DNA of 33,746 nt from a virus (Duplodnaviria; Caudoviricetes): positions 1 to 33,746 of the IMG/VR virus record IMGVR_UViG_3300038393_000187. One strand, given 5' to 3'. Each line of letters opens with the position of its first letter. Position 1 is the stretch's first letter. The translations under genes were made by a program, and so were the position numbers. The notes below the pieces were generated by a model. The model was not told where the DNA came from and ran no database searches. It saw nothing but the letters and a program-made list of their open reading frames with translations. This document shows, piece after piece, positions 22,701 through 31,127 of this stretch.

Positions 22701-25700
22701 TCATCGACAAGCAAGTTGATTTGATGGCAAAGCAGATTGACGCCTCTATTCAGGGACGCACCAAGCAGTCCAACTGGGAAGGATTCAGCAGATTCTTCGC
22801 CGGTAACAATGACTTGAACACCGAGGGTCGTCGTCAGATTTGGAACATTGCAAATCAGTTCTGGGAGACATTCCAGCAGGCCGACCAGCAGGGACGCCTA
22901 AAGTACTTTGACCAGTTCCAGAAGTCATATGTCAATGAGCAGAACAACGTCTTCAATGCCATTTCCAAGGAAACCCGCGAGAACCTATCCAAGGTAGGCA
23001 TCAACAACATGCAGCAGTTGCAGCAGATGTTCCTTGACCAGAAGGGCATGTCTACAAAGGACTTCTACGGAAAGTACAACCAGCAGCAAATTGCAGCCTT
23101 CTTGAGCATTCGAACTGACGACATGAATCTAATTATGAAGTCGGCAGAGGCAGAACAGGAACTTGCTCAGCAGATTGCAAAGAACAACGGTGCAACTGAT
23201 GAGGAAATCAAGAACATCAAGACGTTGAACGATGTTCGAGGCATGGGTCTCAACATGGCTTCAATGACTGTTGACCAGGCAAAGGCTAACTACGAGCAGA
23301 CCGTTAAGGAAGCCAAGGCACGCGGTGGTCTCAGTGAGGCTGAGCAGCTAAATGCTCTTAACCAATTCCGATTGGCGGCGGGTCTCAAGGAAGCTACCTC
23401 CTTGTCTCAGGGCTTCAGCAATGAAGTAGCAAAGAACACAACTGAACTAGATAAGAACAGCAACTCTCTAGACGATTCAATTATGACCGCCGAAGAGTGG
23501 GCTTCTGCATGGGTTGATGCTCGTAAGAGCGCAATGTCCGGGGCTCAGGATATGGCATTCCAGCAGGCAGACAAGCTTTGGGACAGGCAGGCTCAGGCAG
23601 AAATTGACGCAATCCAGAAGCGAGGAGAACAGCGTCAGGACGCCCTTGATGCTGCCGGTGAAAAGGCGGATGCTAGATTTGATGCTCGTCAGGAAGCTCA
23701 GCAGAAGCGATTCGAGACCGAAGGTAAGAACCTTTCCGCTCGCTGGGAAGCTGCAATGGATGCATTCAACAAGAGATGGGATGCTCGTAAGGATGCCGAA
23801 GCAGCATACTACGATGCTAAAATCAAGAACATCCAAAATGCTATCGATGCCGAGGAGAAGGCTGAGGAAATCCGTCAGAAGATTTTTGAGGCAGAAAAGA
23901 CTCGAATCGAGCGTCTTGCCCAGATTGCTAACCAGACAATTGACTTCAACCTAGCTCTCAACACTGGAAACCTAGATGAGGCTGCAAAGGTATTTAACAA
24001 CATGCAGTCCCAGCAGGACCAGTGGGCACTAGATGACGCTGGAGCAATTAGCCAGGAAGGTTCAAATAAGCGTAAGGACGAACTTCAGTCGCAGATTGAC
24101 AAGCTTGATGCTGAGAAGGACGCTCGCCTCAAGATGCTTGACGAAATTGAAGAGGCTGAGAAGAAGAAGCTAGATGCTCAGAAGGACCGCGAAGAGCAGG
24201 CTCTTAAGGAAACTCAGGAGCGTCAGGCAAAGGCATTGCAGGCTGAGCGTGACCGTTACTCCAAGGCTTTGCAGGCTTCTAAGGACAAGGCAACTGCCGA
24301 CACCCAGGCGCAGGTAAAGGCTCACCAGGCACAGTTGGATGACCGTAAGGCCAAGCTTGAACTAGAGCTAATGGCAATTCGTGCATCAACTCCTCGCAAC
24401 AAGGCTGAATACGATGCGCAGATTAAGGCCATTGAGACGGCTTACAACAAGTACGGGGTTCGCCTACAGGGATACGGAAAGGCATGGACTGGCTACATTG
24501 GAAGCTACTTGAGCGCCAACATTGCAGCCGCCGCCAACTCATTGCAGAGTGATGTTAACTGGAAGCAGATTGCAGCCGAGGTAACAAAGCAGTTTATCGA
24601 CGGTGCTTTCGGAATGTCTCCAGCCCAGTTCGGAAAGTGGGTTACCACTGGAGAGCTTCCAGCCAGCAGCGTATTCGCAAAGGGCGGGGCTCTATCCGAG
24701 AAGGATGCCCTAGCTAAGCAGCGTCAAATGGAACGAGATGCATTCCACACCGGAGGTATTATTGGACAGAATTCACCGGGTCGAGTTGGTAAGTCCGGTG
24801 GATTGCACTCCGATGAGGTTCCAATCAACGCTCTCAAGGGTGAGTCTGTCCTTAACCGAAGTGCAACCCGCACTCTTGGTTCTGACTTCATCACAGCGGC
24901 TAACCGAGGAAAGCTACAGGGACCAATGCTCGATATCCCTGGAAAGAGCGCCGAGGGATTGGGTGCTGGCCCAGGTGGACTGGGATTGGTCGGAGCTTTG
25001 GGCTCAGGTCTTGCAGCAATGCTTTCAACAGCAGGCGCAGCAGCAATGACCAAGGCAGCCATGGGAGCAATCGGAATGGCCGGGGGTTCATTCGGACCAG
25101 GAAAGGCCGGTCAGTACGGACAGGTCAGCTTCGATGCTGAGCAGCTACAGAACGCAAGTACAATTGCTACTGTAGGTCGCAGCATGGGAATGACCAACCG
25201 TGATATCGAAATCGGTATTATGACGGCTATCACGGAGTCTATGCTTCGAAACCTCAAGGGTGGAGACCGAGACTCTGTAGGTCTATTCCAGCAGCGACCA
25301 AGCCAGGGTTGGGGTTCTGTACAGCAGATTATGGACCCTAACTACGCTGCACGTAAGTTCTTCGGGGCTCTAAAGGGAGTTAAGGGTCGTGCTACTCTTG
25401 ACCCATGGGTTGCAGCACAGAAGGTTCAGCGCTCCGCATTCTCAGATGGTTCTAACTACCGTAAGTACTGGGATGAGGCGCTGGCTATCTTCACCGGAAT
25501 GGGCGCAAGCACAACCGGAAGCGGCTCTATCCTTGCAGGACCATTCGGACCAGCAAACAAGACTGGAACAAATGCTATCAACTGGGCATCCGCTCGAATT
25601 GGAGATGCTGGTTGGTATGCACTTTGCCAGAAGTTTGTACGTATGGCTCTTGGTGCAGGACCAGGATTTGGAAGCGCTATTGCAGCATGGAATGGTGCTA

Positions 25701-26203
25701 AGTACAAGCACGGAATTGCAAACCCAAGCGCTGTTCCTGCCGGTGTTCCTGTCTACTGGTCTGGAGGAAAGTATGGTCACGTTGCTCTATCAACGGGTAA
25801 CGGACGAATCATTTCCACCGACTATCCAAAGCGTGGTTACATCGGTACCGGTACAATCTCAAGCTTGACTAGCGAGTGGCACAAGAAGTTGCTCGGATGG
25901 ACTGAGGACATTAACGGTAAGCGAATTTACGGTTTGCCGGGACTCAAGACTGGTGGATTCACTCTAGGCGACGGACTTGCGCGGCTTCACGAGGGAGAGG
26001 CGGTTTTGACAAAGCCACTTACAGCAGAGCTTAAGGAAGGTGTTGGCAAGATTGCAGACGGTGGCGGCAATGCAAGTTATGCTGTAACATTGGATATGCG
26101 TGGAGCAACAATCTCATCTAATGTCGATATCGAAAAGGCTGTCTACGCTGCCATCGACAAGAAGGAAGGCAAGATGGGACGAAAGAGGAAGATTGGCGAA
26201 TGA
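19799..26203 (+). CDS. Tape measure protein with C-terminal transglycosylase-like and CHAP/NlpC-P60-like domains
   Basis: Over 2,100 aa, Ala-rich and helical, with a TP901-type core. Motifs AITES...DRDSVGLFQQRPSQGWG and LCQKFV...YGHVALS. The frame is open from 19796; probable ATA start at 19799 (the track gives TTG 19880). Confidence 0.93.
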   Translation: MENIQIRFNGTADFKEVYAEAAKLNAKLAAMQKQLAGLSPNVLNDQRRGFNKDFVNSGLLKDYSIQAVKAKSATQAFTESLVKQDIGLRKAIAGRKMFSDVLREQINLQKMLAVQWSKGPGGSISADVIMPKGVDQQVSRLSGSLRENVKALAQNKVGTAEFTQAADVARMRLGLFNEIVASSADNMIKWGKNTQWAGRQLMVGFTVPFAAFAAVAGVAANNVDKEMTRIVKVYDTTATDVIGKERELAQVRQQSMGMATQIAKKYGAAVQDTLNVEAELAATGLQGQDLMKSSAEVMRIATLGEMDYQKATEMTIALQTAFRLNTEQTTDAMNFMNSVENATSLSLQDFADATPRAAAALAGLGVNVKEMGVLLVAMKERGVDATEGANALKSATTRMLNPTNKAVESFKSFGISLKDISEQGQGNLFKTLELMGSEFKRVGLSAFEQQKLIADAFGTYQFNRLNAALQGITDKTGQTGKAFELMGQSAEEAAAMAQQELDRAANSISGKFKRAIEGLKAELATFGEPFVKAATTVVNVVTSILKAFNNLPDGVKKFGLIVAGAMALAGPLIMITGLMANLIGQALKMGTSLVMLTTKYRTMTVEQKAQALLSKQNSLLWSQEATSAQLLNAQLANLTSRFEALAVAQAQANGLPYTGFGSPTGFIGPQGPQLTQDKNGKYRRANGTFASAAEIKNFQTMQNAAQNIQGASAATAKNWSGIAASAGALAAAGTVTASMVAPTSDLVNNLTNAALIAAMIGPSLVKGLRSAKVAEIASSVFGKIGFGKGGKLASGAATTFKAIGARIAALGPMLLRLAGPIGIIGGTALMIFLKIRSEQKKSDENMRKIGESTKDWADILGYVRIETGKITDAQGNQVATAEGMADKLRQANKPLVDRLKMLKQLTDQSQLLDAVTMEGIKVKQSGGTAAQAKQAMKVALMAAGFTEQEVDVTILPKIHIDLSNQQEVIDKQVDLMAKQIDASIQGRTKQSNWEGFSRFFAGNNDLNTEGRRQIWNIANQFWETFQQADQQGRLKYFDQFQKSYVNEQNNVFNAISKETRENLSKVGINNMQQLQQMFLDQKGMSTKDFYGKYNQQQIAAFLSIRTDDMNLIMKSAEAEQELAQQIAKNNGATDEEIKNIKTLNDVRGMGLNMASMTVDQAKANYEQTVKEAKARGGLSEAEQLNALNQFRLAAGLKEATSLSQGFSNEVAKNTTELDKNSNSLDDSIMTAEEWASAWVDARKSAMSGAQDMAFQQADKLWDRQAQAEIDAIQKRGEQRQDALDAAGEKADARFDARQEAQQKRFETEGKNLSARWEAAMDAFNKRWDARKDAEAAYYDAKIKNIQNAIDAEEKAEEIRQKIFEAEKTRIERLAQIANQTIDFNLALNTGNLDEAAKVFNNMQSQQDQWALDDAGAISQEGSNKRKDELQSQIDKLDAEKDARLKMLDEIEEAEKKKLDAQKDREEQALKETQERQAKALQAERDRYSKALQASKDKATADTQAQVKAHQAQLDDRKAKLELELMAIRASTPRNKAEYDAQIKAIETAYNKYGVRLQGYGKAWTGYIGSYLSANIAAAANSLQSDVNWKQIAAEVTKQFIDGAFGMSPAQFGKWVTTGELPASSVFAKGGALSEKDALAKQRQMERDAFHTGGIIGQNSPGRVGKSGGLHSDEVPINALKGESVLNRSATRTLGSDFITAANRGKLQGPMLDIPGKSAEGLGAGPGGLGLVGALGSGLAAMLSTAGAAAMTKAAMGAIGMAGGSFGPGKAGQYGQVSFDAEQLQNASTIATVGRSMGMTNRDIEIGIMTAITESMLRNLKGGDRDSVGLFQQRPSQGWGSVQQIMDPNYAARKFFGALKGVKGRATLDPWVAAQKVQRSAFSDGSNYRKYWDEALAIFTGMGASTTGSGSILAGPFGPANKTGTNAINWASARIGDAGWYALCQKFVRMALGAGPGFGSAIAAWNGAKYKHGIANPSAVPAGVPVYWSGGKYGHVALSTGNGRIISTDYPKRGYIGTGTISSLTSEWHKKLLGWTEDINGKRIYGLPGLKTGGFTLGDGLARLHEGEAVLTKPLTAELKEGVGKIADGGGNASYAVTLDMRGATISSNVDIEKAVYAAIDKKEGKMGRKRKIGE

Positions 26204-26595
26204 CACTAGTATTGATTCAGTTGATGAAGTGGAATGGCAATGCCATTACCGAACATAACAGGAAGCCGCTGAACGTTGACATAGAGCGTATCGAACGTGA
26301 CCAGCGAATGGCTAATGGTCATTTGCGTAAGTACGTCGTAGCAGACAAGAAGAAGTTCAGCACTTCCTGGGATATGCTTCCAAAGGGAGTGTCATTTGCC
26401 GTTGACGGCAAGTGGGCAGGAGATGCCATCGAGTCGTTCTACGAATCAACCAGGGGCTCATTCACCCTTGAAATTACAAATATTGATGCAACAGTTGAAA
26501 CTTACACTGTGATGTTCTCAGACTTCTCAAAGGAGATTGTCAAGCGAGGTACACAGGACTTCTGGAACATCTCAGTATCTATGGAAGAGGTATAA
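26200..26595 (+). CDS. Distal tail (Dit-like) / minor tail protein
   Basis: First gene after the tape measure (ATGA overlap). RMANGHLRKYVV motif and terminal MEEV. Confidence 0.7.
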   Translation: MTLVLIQLMKWNGNAITEHNRKPLNVDIERIERDQRMANGHLRKYVVADKKKFSTSWDMLPKGVSFAVDGKWAGDAIESFYESTRGSFTLEITNIDATVETYTVMFSDFSKEIVKRGTQDFWNISVSMEEV

Positions 26596-29500
26596 TGCCA
26601 GCATCAGCAACAACGTTCCTAAAGGACACGCTCGACAAGTCAAATTCAATTGATGCACAGCAGCGTGTCATTGTGGAATGGAATATGAATCGGTATGCAG
26701 AAGTACTTGTCACCGACAACTCTGGAGCACCAGACGATGACAACAACCCATATCCAAGCATGTTCCCAATTGAATCAATTGCATTTCCAAACCGGCCAAC
26801 CACCGGTTTGGCTTTTGCACGTGCTGGACAGAGTGAGGCTTTCAACAACCGCAGTGACATCCCTGATGATGCCCGTGAATATGTTGCATCTGAGACCAGC
26901 AAGTACAAGTACTGGGCGAGTCCAGTGCGTTCACAGACGACCGCTGTATCCGGCGCATATCCGATTGCTACGACATTTCCATATGTGAAGCATGCCTCAG
27001 CAGATGGAGTTTTCTACCTCCCTTCCAAGACAAACAAGATTGTCATTGGATTTGAGATTTCACAGGCAAAGCCGGTTGCGTGGGAGGTTTTCGTGAGGAC
27101 GGGACCAATCGCTGCCCTTACTGACCCATGGGACTCAACTGCCATTTCAACAAATGGTGCTATCAACACAGATGGTCAGCACATTTTGTATTACCAGTCT
27201 AATGGCACATGGTCAACCTCACCTGGAGACTACCTAACAGCGCCGGGTTGCGATGTAAGCGCTATTGCAGTTCACGTCATTTCAATGGACAAGGCAGACC
27301 AGTACTGCAACGTTATTGAAATTAGCCCACGTCTAGAGCGAGATATCTCTGACCGGGTTATCGATTGGAATGCGGGCTATGAGCTTGGAGATGATGACCA
27401 AGTTTCACCAATTGGAGTTATCAGTGCAAACACTGGAAGCATCAGCATTTCCAACGCCAAGGATGGCGCTGTATGGCCTGATTCTGGATACTTCGAGTCT
27501 TCAGACCTCTATGGTCCGCTGGATGCCAATGTCGAATTCAGAATTGATTTCGGAGTAGATACGACAGCAAACGGCGGGTCTGGTGTTGAGTGGACTCGCC
27601 TTGCCACCATGTATTCAGAGGCATGGGAGACAGATGAAGATACAATGAGTGTTCCCCTAAAGGATTTCTCCAAGTACCTTCAGGAAGTCAACCCTAATCA
27701 AATGCTTTTCACTGACTTGAGCGTTGGTGAGATTATTTGGCGTATCCTTGACTCCATTGGTGTCAATAAATGGAAGTACAACGTGTCAGCCGACACGGCC
27801 AACATGAAGGTCGCCTACTTCTGGACCAACCCAGAAGAGACTGTTTGGCGAAACATCCAGGATTTGTGCCGGGGTACCCAGAGCGTTGTCTACGTAGATG
27901 CTGACGGAGTAATCTGCATTGCAACTAGAGATTCAATGTTCAAGCTTCCAGCAAGCTCAGCAAATATCGTTGAATTGCGTTCGGAGACTGTCGGTGACAA
28001 TCTTCCTAACATTGAAGAGCTAAACCTTGGAAGTGAGTTTACTGTTAACAGTGTCAATATCAATTACCGTCAAACGGGATTGGCAGAGGACACACTGAAG
28101 CGTCCAATTTCAGAGATTGTCTGGCAGCCTGAAGGTGTGCAGGTTCTTCGATGCTCAAACCTTCAGAGAAAGATGCTTGACACTGATACTTTCTTCTACA
28201 TGGACAACAAGGACGCAGCCATTTGGCCGTTTGAAGGTCTTTGCAACATCGGTGGAGAAATCGTTCGATTCTCAGGAAAGCAGTACGCCTACATGAAGCC
28301 AGATAGCACATGGGCATATGCCGTATTGTACAGCGCCGATGACAAGAACTCATTGGATAATGACCCAACACGTTCAAAGTCTGACCAGGCATGGCGCTTC
28401 TACTACACCGGCAAGTTCTACGTCAAGGAACGCGGGGTTGGTCCGACATCAACCGAAACTCATGACCCAACTATTCTTGGTTGGTATGCTGCCGCCAAGT
28501 ACGGCGCATATGGTGGAACTCAGCGTAGCTGGACTGGAGGAATGAAGTATTTCCCTCAGGATGGATTCCTACGTCTCGAAACGAACAAGACGTTCATGAA
28601 TTCAGCAGTCTACACGGTTCAGCGCAGTACGCCGGGTTACTCCTCTATCGACACCGTATATGGAACAAGATTCCGCTTCCCAACCAGCCCAACTGGAGCA
28701 TGGTTCAACTCAGCCGGTATTTGGGTATTCGGTGATTCAACCTACACCCAAATGTACATGATTGAGGTTACGCCAACATACACAATTGAAGGCGGTAAGT
28801 TTAGGACGACATCTAACGAGATTAGAGTCCTCAAGCGTAAGAACGGAGAGTTGCACCAGCTTAACAAGGGATATGCCTTTGGAGTTGTACGTGGACAGTG
28901 GATTGATATTGACGTACGTATTGAACGTCCTATCGCTGGCCCTCAGATTAGCGTTTCAGTAAATGGAAAGCTAGCTGTTGTCGTGCAAGACCTCGGAACC
29001 GTTCAGGGTGCTGCAATTACAGCAACCAACCGCTGTGGAATTTACACACGCGGATGGACGGCGGCTGACTTTGAGTACTTCTACACAGTTCCAGGAGGCC
29101 ACGTTCTCGATGCAATTCCAGATGAGACAGACTTCCTCAGTCAACTAAGAGGTGGATATCAGTCCCGTCAGCTAACGAAGTATGTCATGGGATACAACCC
29201 ATGGATTGCGGCTGGATTGCGTTCGTCAATTGTGTATGCAAAACTAATTAAAGATTCTTACAGGGATAGGTATATCGAAGAATTCGGTGTTCCAATTCAT
29301 GAAGTCAGAGAGTACAACGTCAAGTTCGAAAAGACGCCGGTTCTCTACTCAAGTCTGTACGTATCTAACTCTGACCAAATCATCACAACTGAATATAATG
29401 GAAACGCATTTGGTGCAACATTTACTCTTGCCAACTCTAGTCGAATCAATTCTGTTGCTAACGGGGAGGATACTGTTACCTACGGTCCTGACAACTCCGT

Positions 29501-29870
29501 TGAGCAGAAGATGGTCATTACTGCTAGAACAATTCAGCAGCAGGATGAAAAGACATACACGGTAAAGGATGACAGGGCAATCCGGATTCACGGAGAGATT
29601 CCTCTTGAGATTTCCTCAGATTGGATTCAGTCAGAGGCAGCGGCAAAGGCTATTGGTGATTGGATTATCAACAACTGGGCAGAGCCAGCAGATACGGCAG
29701 AAGTCAAGATTTTCGGAAACCCATTGGTTAGAGTCGGAGATGCAGTCAACATTACGTATGCTCCAAAGGGAATTGCCGGGATTAAGTTCGTGGTCCTCAA
29801 GTGTGACCAGTCTTGGGATAACGGGCTTGTCACAACGATTACTTGCCGAAAGTGTCCACAACAGGTATAA
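26595..29870 (+). CDS. Large minor tail / baseplate hub protein
   Basis: 1091 aa, beta-rich. Hub-like C-terminus (AIRIHGE, WIQSEAAA, GNPLVRVGDAV). Synteny. Confidence 0.8.
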   Translation: MPASATTFLKDTLDKSNSIDAQQRVIVEWNMNRYAEVLVTDNSGAPDDDNNPYPSMFPIESIAFPNRPTTGLAFARAGQSEAFNNRSDIPDDAREYVASETSKYKYWASPVRSQTTAVSGAYPIATTFPYVKHASADGVFYLPSKTNKIVIGFEISQAKPVAWEVFVRTGPIAALTDPWDSTAISTNGAINTDGQHILYYQSNGTWSTSPGDYLTAPGCDVSAIAVHVISMDKADQYCNVIEISPRLERDISDRVIDWNAGYELGDDDQVSPIGVISANTGSISISNAKDGAVWPDSGYFESSDLYGPLDANVEFRIDFGVDTTANGGSGVEWTRLATMYSEAWETDEDTMSVPLKDFSKYLQEVNPNQMLFTDLSVGEIIWRILDSIGVNKWKYNVSADTANMKVAYFWTNPEETVWRNIQDLCRGTQSVVYVDADGVICIATRDSMFKLPASSANIVELRSETVGDNLPNIEELNLGSEFTVNSVNINYRQTGLAEDTLKRPISEIVWQPEGVQVLRCSNLQRKMLDTDTFFYMDNKDAAIWPFEGLCNIGGEIVRFSGKQYAYMKPDSTWAYAVLYSADDKNSLDNDPTRSKSDQAWRFYYTGKFYVKERGVGPTSTETHDPTILGWYAAAKYGAYGGTQRSWTGGMKYFPQDGFLRLETNKTFMNSAVYTVQRSTPGYSSIDTVYGTRFRFPTSPTGAWFNSAGIWVFGDSTYTQMYMIEVTPTYTIEGGKFRTTSNEIRVLKRKNGELHQLNKGYAFGVVRGQWIDIDVRIERPIAGPQISVSVNGKLAVVVQDLGTVQGAAITATNRCGIYTRGWTAADFEYFYTVPGGHVLDAIPDETDFLSQLRGGYQSRQLTKYVMGYNPWIAAGLRSSIVYAKLIKDSYRDRYIEEFGVPIHEVREYNVKFEKTPVLYSSLYVSNSDQIITTEYNGNAFGATFTLANSSRINSVANGEDTVTYGPDNSVEQKMVITARTIQQQDEKTYTVKDDRAIRIHGEIPLEISSDWIQSEAAAKAIGDWIINNWAEPADTAEVKIFGNPLVRVGDAVNITYAPKGIAGIKFVVLKCDQSWDNGLVTTITCRKCPQQV

Positions 29871-29871
29871 T
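29843..29871 (+). promoter_or_regulatory. Internal promoter in the hub gene 3' end (leaderless next gene)
   Basis: TTGCCG-N17-TATAAT followed by N6 and ATG 29878. Confidence 0.7.
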
Positions 29872-29877
29872 TTGTAT

Positions 29878-30237
29878 ATGGCACAAATCCGTGACACAGA
29901 CATCATCAGAACCCCCGAAGTAACTGTAGACCCACGTCTATTCGTTCCAGAGGGTGTCATTGATATGAGCGTCAAGTCTCCAGAGATTGACCCAGACAAC
30001 CCAGTTGATGTCCCCGATATTGATGAGGGTGTAGCACCTGGAGAAATCATCTCGGACGCGGGTGCCGACAATATCTCAAACCTGGAGGACTTCACCCTTC
30101 CGACTCCAAATTCCGTGACTGTCGTTGAGCAGACAATGCGCTTTGGTCCAGATGGACGGGCTGTAGTGGATGTCGTCATTGAAGTAGAAGATGTCCCAGG
30201 AATTAGTAATTACGATGTGAGGACGACAAAGGGATGA
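29878..30237 (+). CDS. Small acidic minor tail protein (119 aa)
   Basis: 3' part of ORF 29569..30237. Start moved to ATG 29878 to avoid a 300-nt overlap. Confidence 0.75.
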   Translation: MAQIRDTDIIRTPEVTVDPRLFVPEGVIDMSVKSPEIDPDNPVDVPDIDEGVAPGEIISDAGADNISNLEDFTLPTPNSVTVVEQTMRFGPDGRAVVDVVIEVEDVPGISNYDVRTTKG

Positions 30238-31127
30238 TTAGAGGGGTCTATCGCTTTTACCAGAATGGAGAGCTTCTTGCCGAGTCAGAGAATCTTCTGA
30301 CAACAGAAGGCAAGAGGCTCCTCCTTCGTGTATTGGCAGAACAAGCTGCCAGTCTAGGGCAGGCTATTGGTGTTGGTGTCGGCGCGACAGCAGCAAATGT
30401 GGCAGATACCAGATTGAATTGGGAAGTTGACAGAGCGCAAGTCTCCATCAAGGCAGTCGATTACGACAACAATCTTGTCATTATGAAGGCGACTCTTCCT
30501 CAGAACACCGAGTACACAATTTACGAAATTGGCCTTTGGAGTCAGTTCAGCAACAGTCTGAATTCAGATAGTGCATCACGTATTCTGACTACCTTCGAAA
30601 CAGATTTCGAAAACTGGACCAACTTCACCTTGGACACCGCTCAGGCCAGAACGTCTACCAATGCAATGAGGATTGATGCACTTGCCTCAACAACGAAGAC
30701 TTCAACGAGCGACGTTAATCTGGATTTGTCCGGTTATTCAAACGTGGACCAGTTCTCCGTAGCCTTCTACAAGGCCAATAACAACATCACGACACTTGGA
30801 ATTGTCTTTGAGTCAACGAGCGGAGTTTGGAGAAAGACCACTACTGTATCTTCATTGCCAGTTGGATATAACGTCATCACCATGAACAAGGGTGACTTCG
30901 TTGCCACCGGTACACCAGATTGGTCAGATATTAACAAGATTGATATTGAAGTAACAGCCGGTGGAACGGCGGGTTACTTGATTATGGACGGAATCCGTAT
31001 TGAGGATGCAGATACACTTAATCCAGATTACGCCCTTGTATCACACAGTGTATTGGGAACACCATTGGTCAAGACGGATAACGCACCGATGGATGTCGAA
31101 TACGCAGTGGAGATTACCTTCTCATGA
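30234..31127 (+). CDS. Minor tail protein
   Basis: NLLTTEGKR...IGVGVG...DTRL...IYEIGL pattern of tail/baseplate proteins. ATGA coupling on both sides. Confidence 0.75.
   Translation: MIRGVYRFYQNGELLAESENLLTTEGKRLLLRVLAEQAASLGQAIGVGVGATAANVADTRLNWEVDRAQVSIKAVDYDNNLVIMKATLPQNTEYTIYEIGLWSQFSNSLNSDSASRILTTFETDFENWTNFTLDTAQARTSTNAMRIDALASTTKTSTSDVNLDLSGYSNVDQFSVAFYKANNNITTLGIVFESTSGVWRKTTTVSSLPVGYNVITMNKGDFVATGTPDWSDINKIDIEVTAGGTAGYLIMDGIRIEDADTLNPDYALVSHSVLGTPLVKTDNAPMDVEYAVEITFS

Noticed and set aside
20839-25868. Numerous alternative-frame and antisense ORFs within the tape measure
   Set aside because: Expected by-products of biased codon usage in a long gene, with no initiation signals.
29569-29877. 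Long N-terminal extensions in the ORF track (29569; likewise 7295, 9794, 11132, 4485 and 4334)
   Set aside because: They overlap upstream genes or promoters. Downstream starts have better SD or leaderless geometry.
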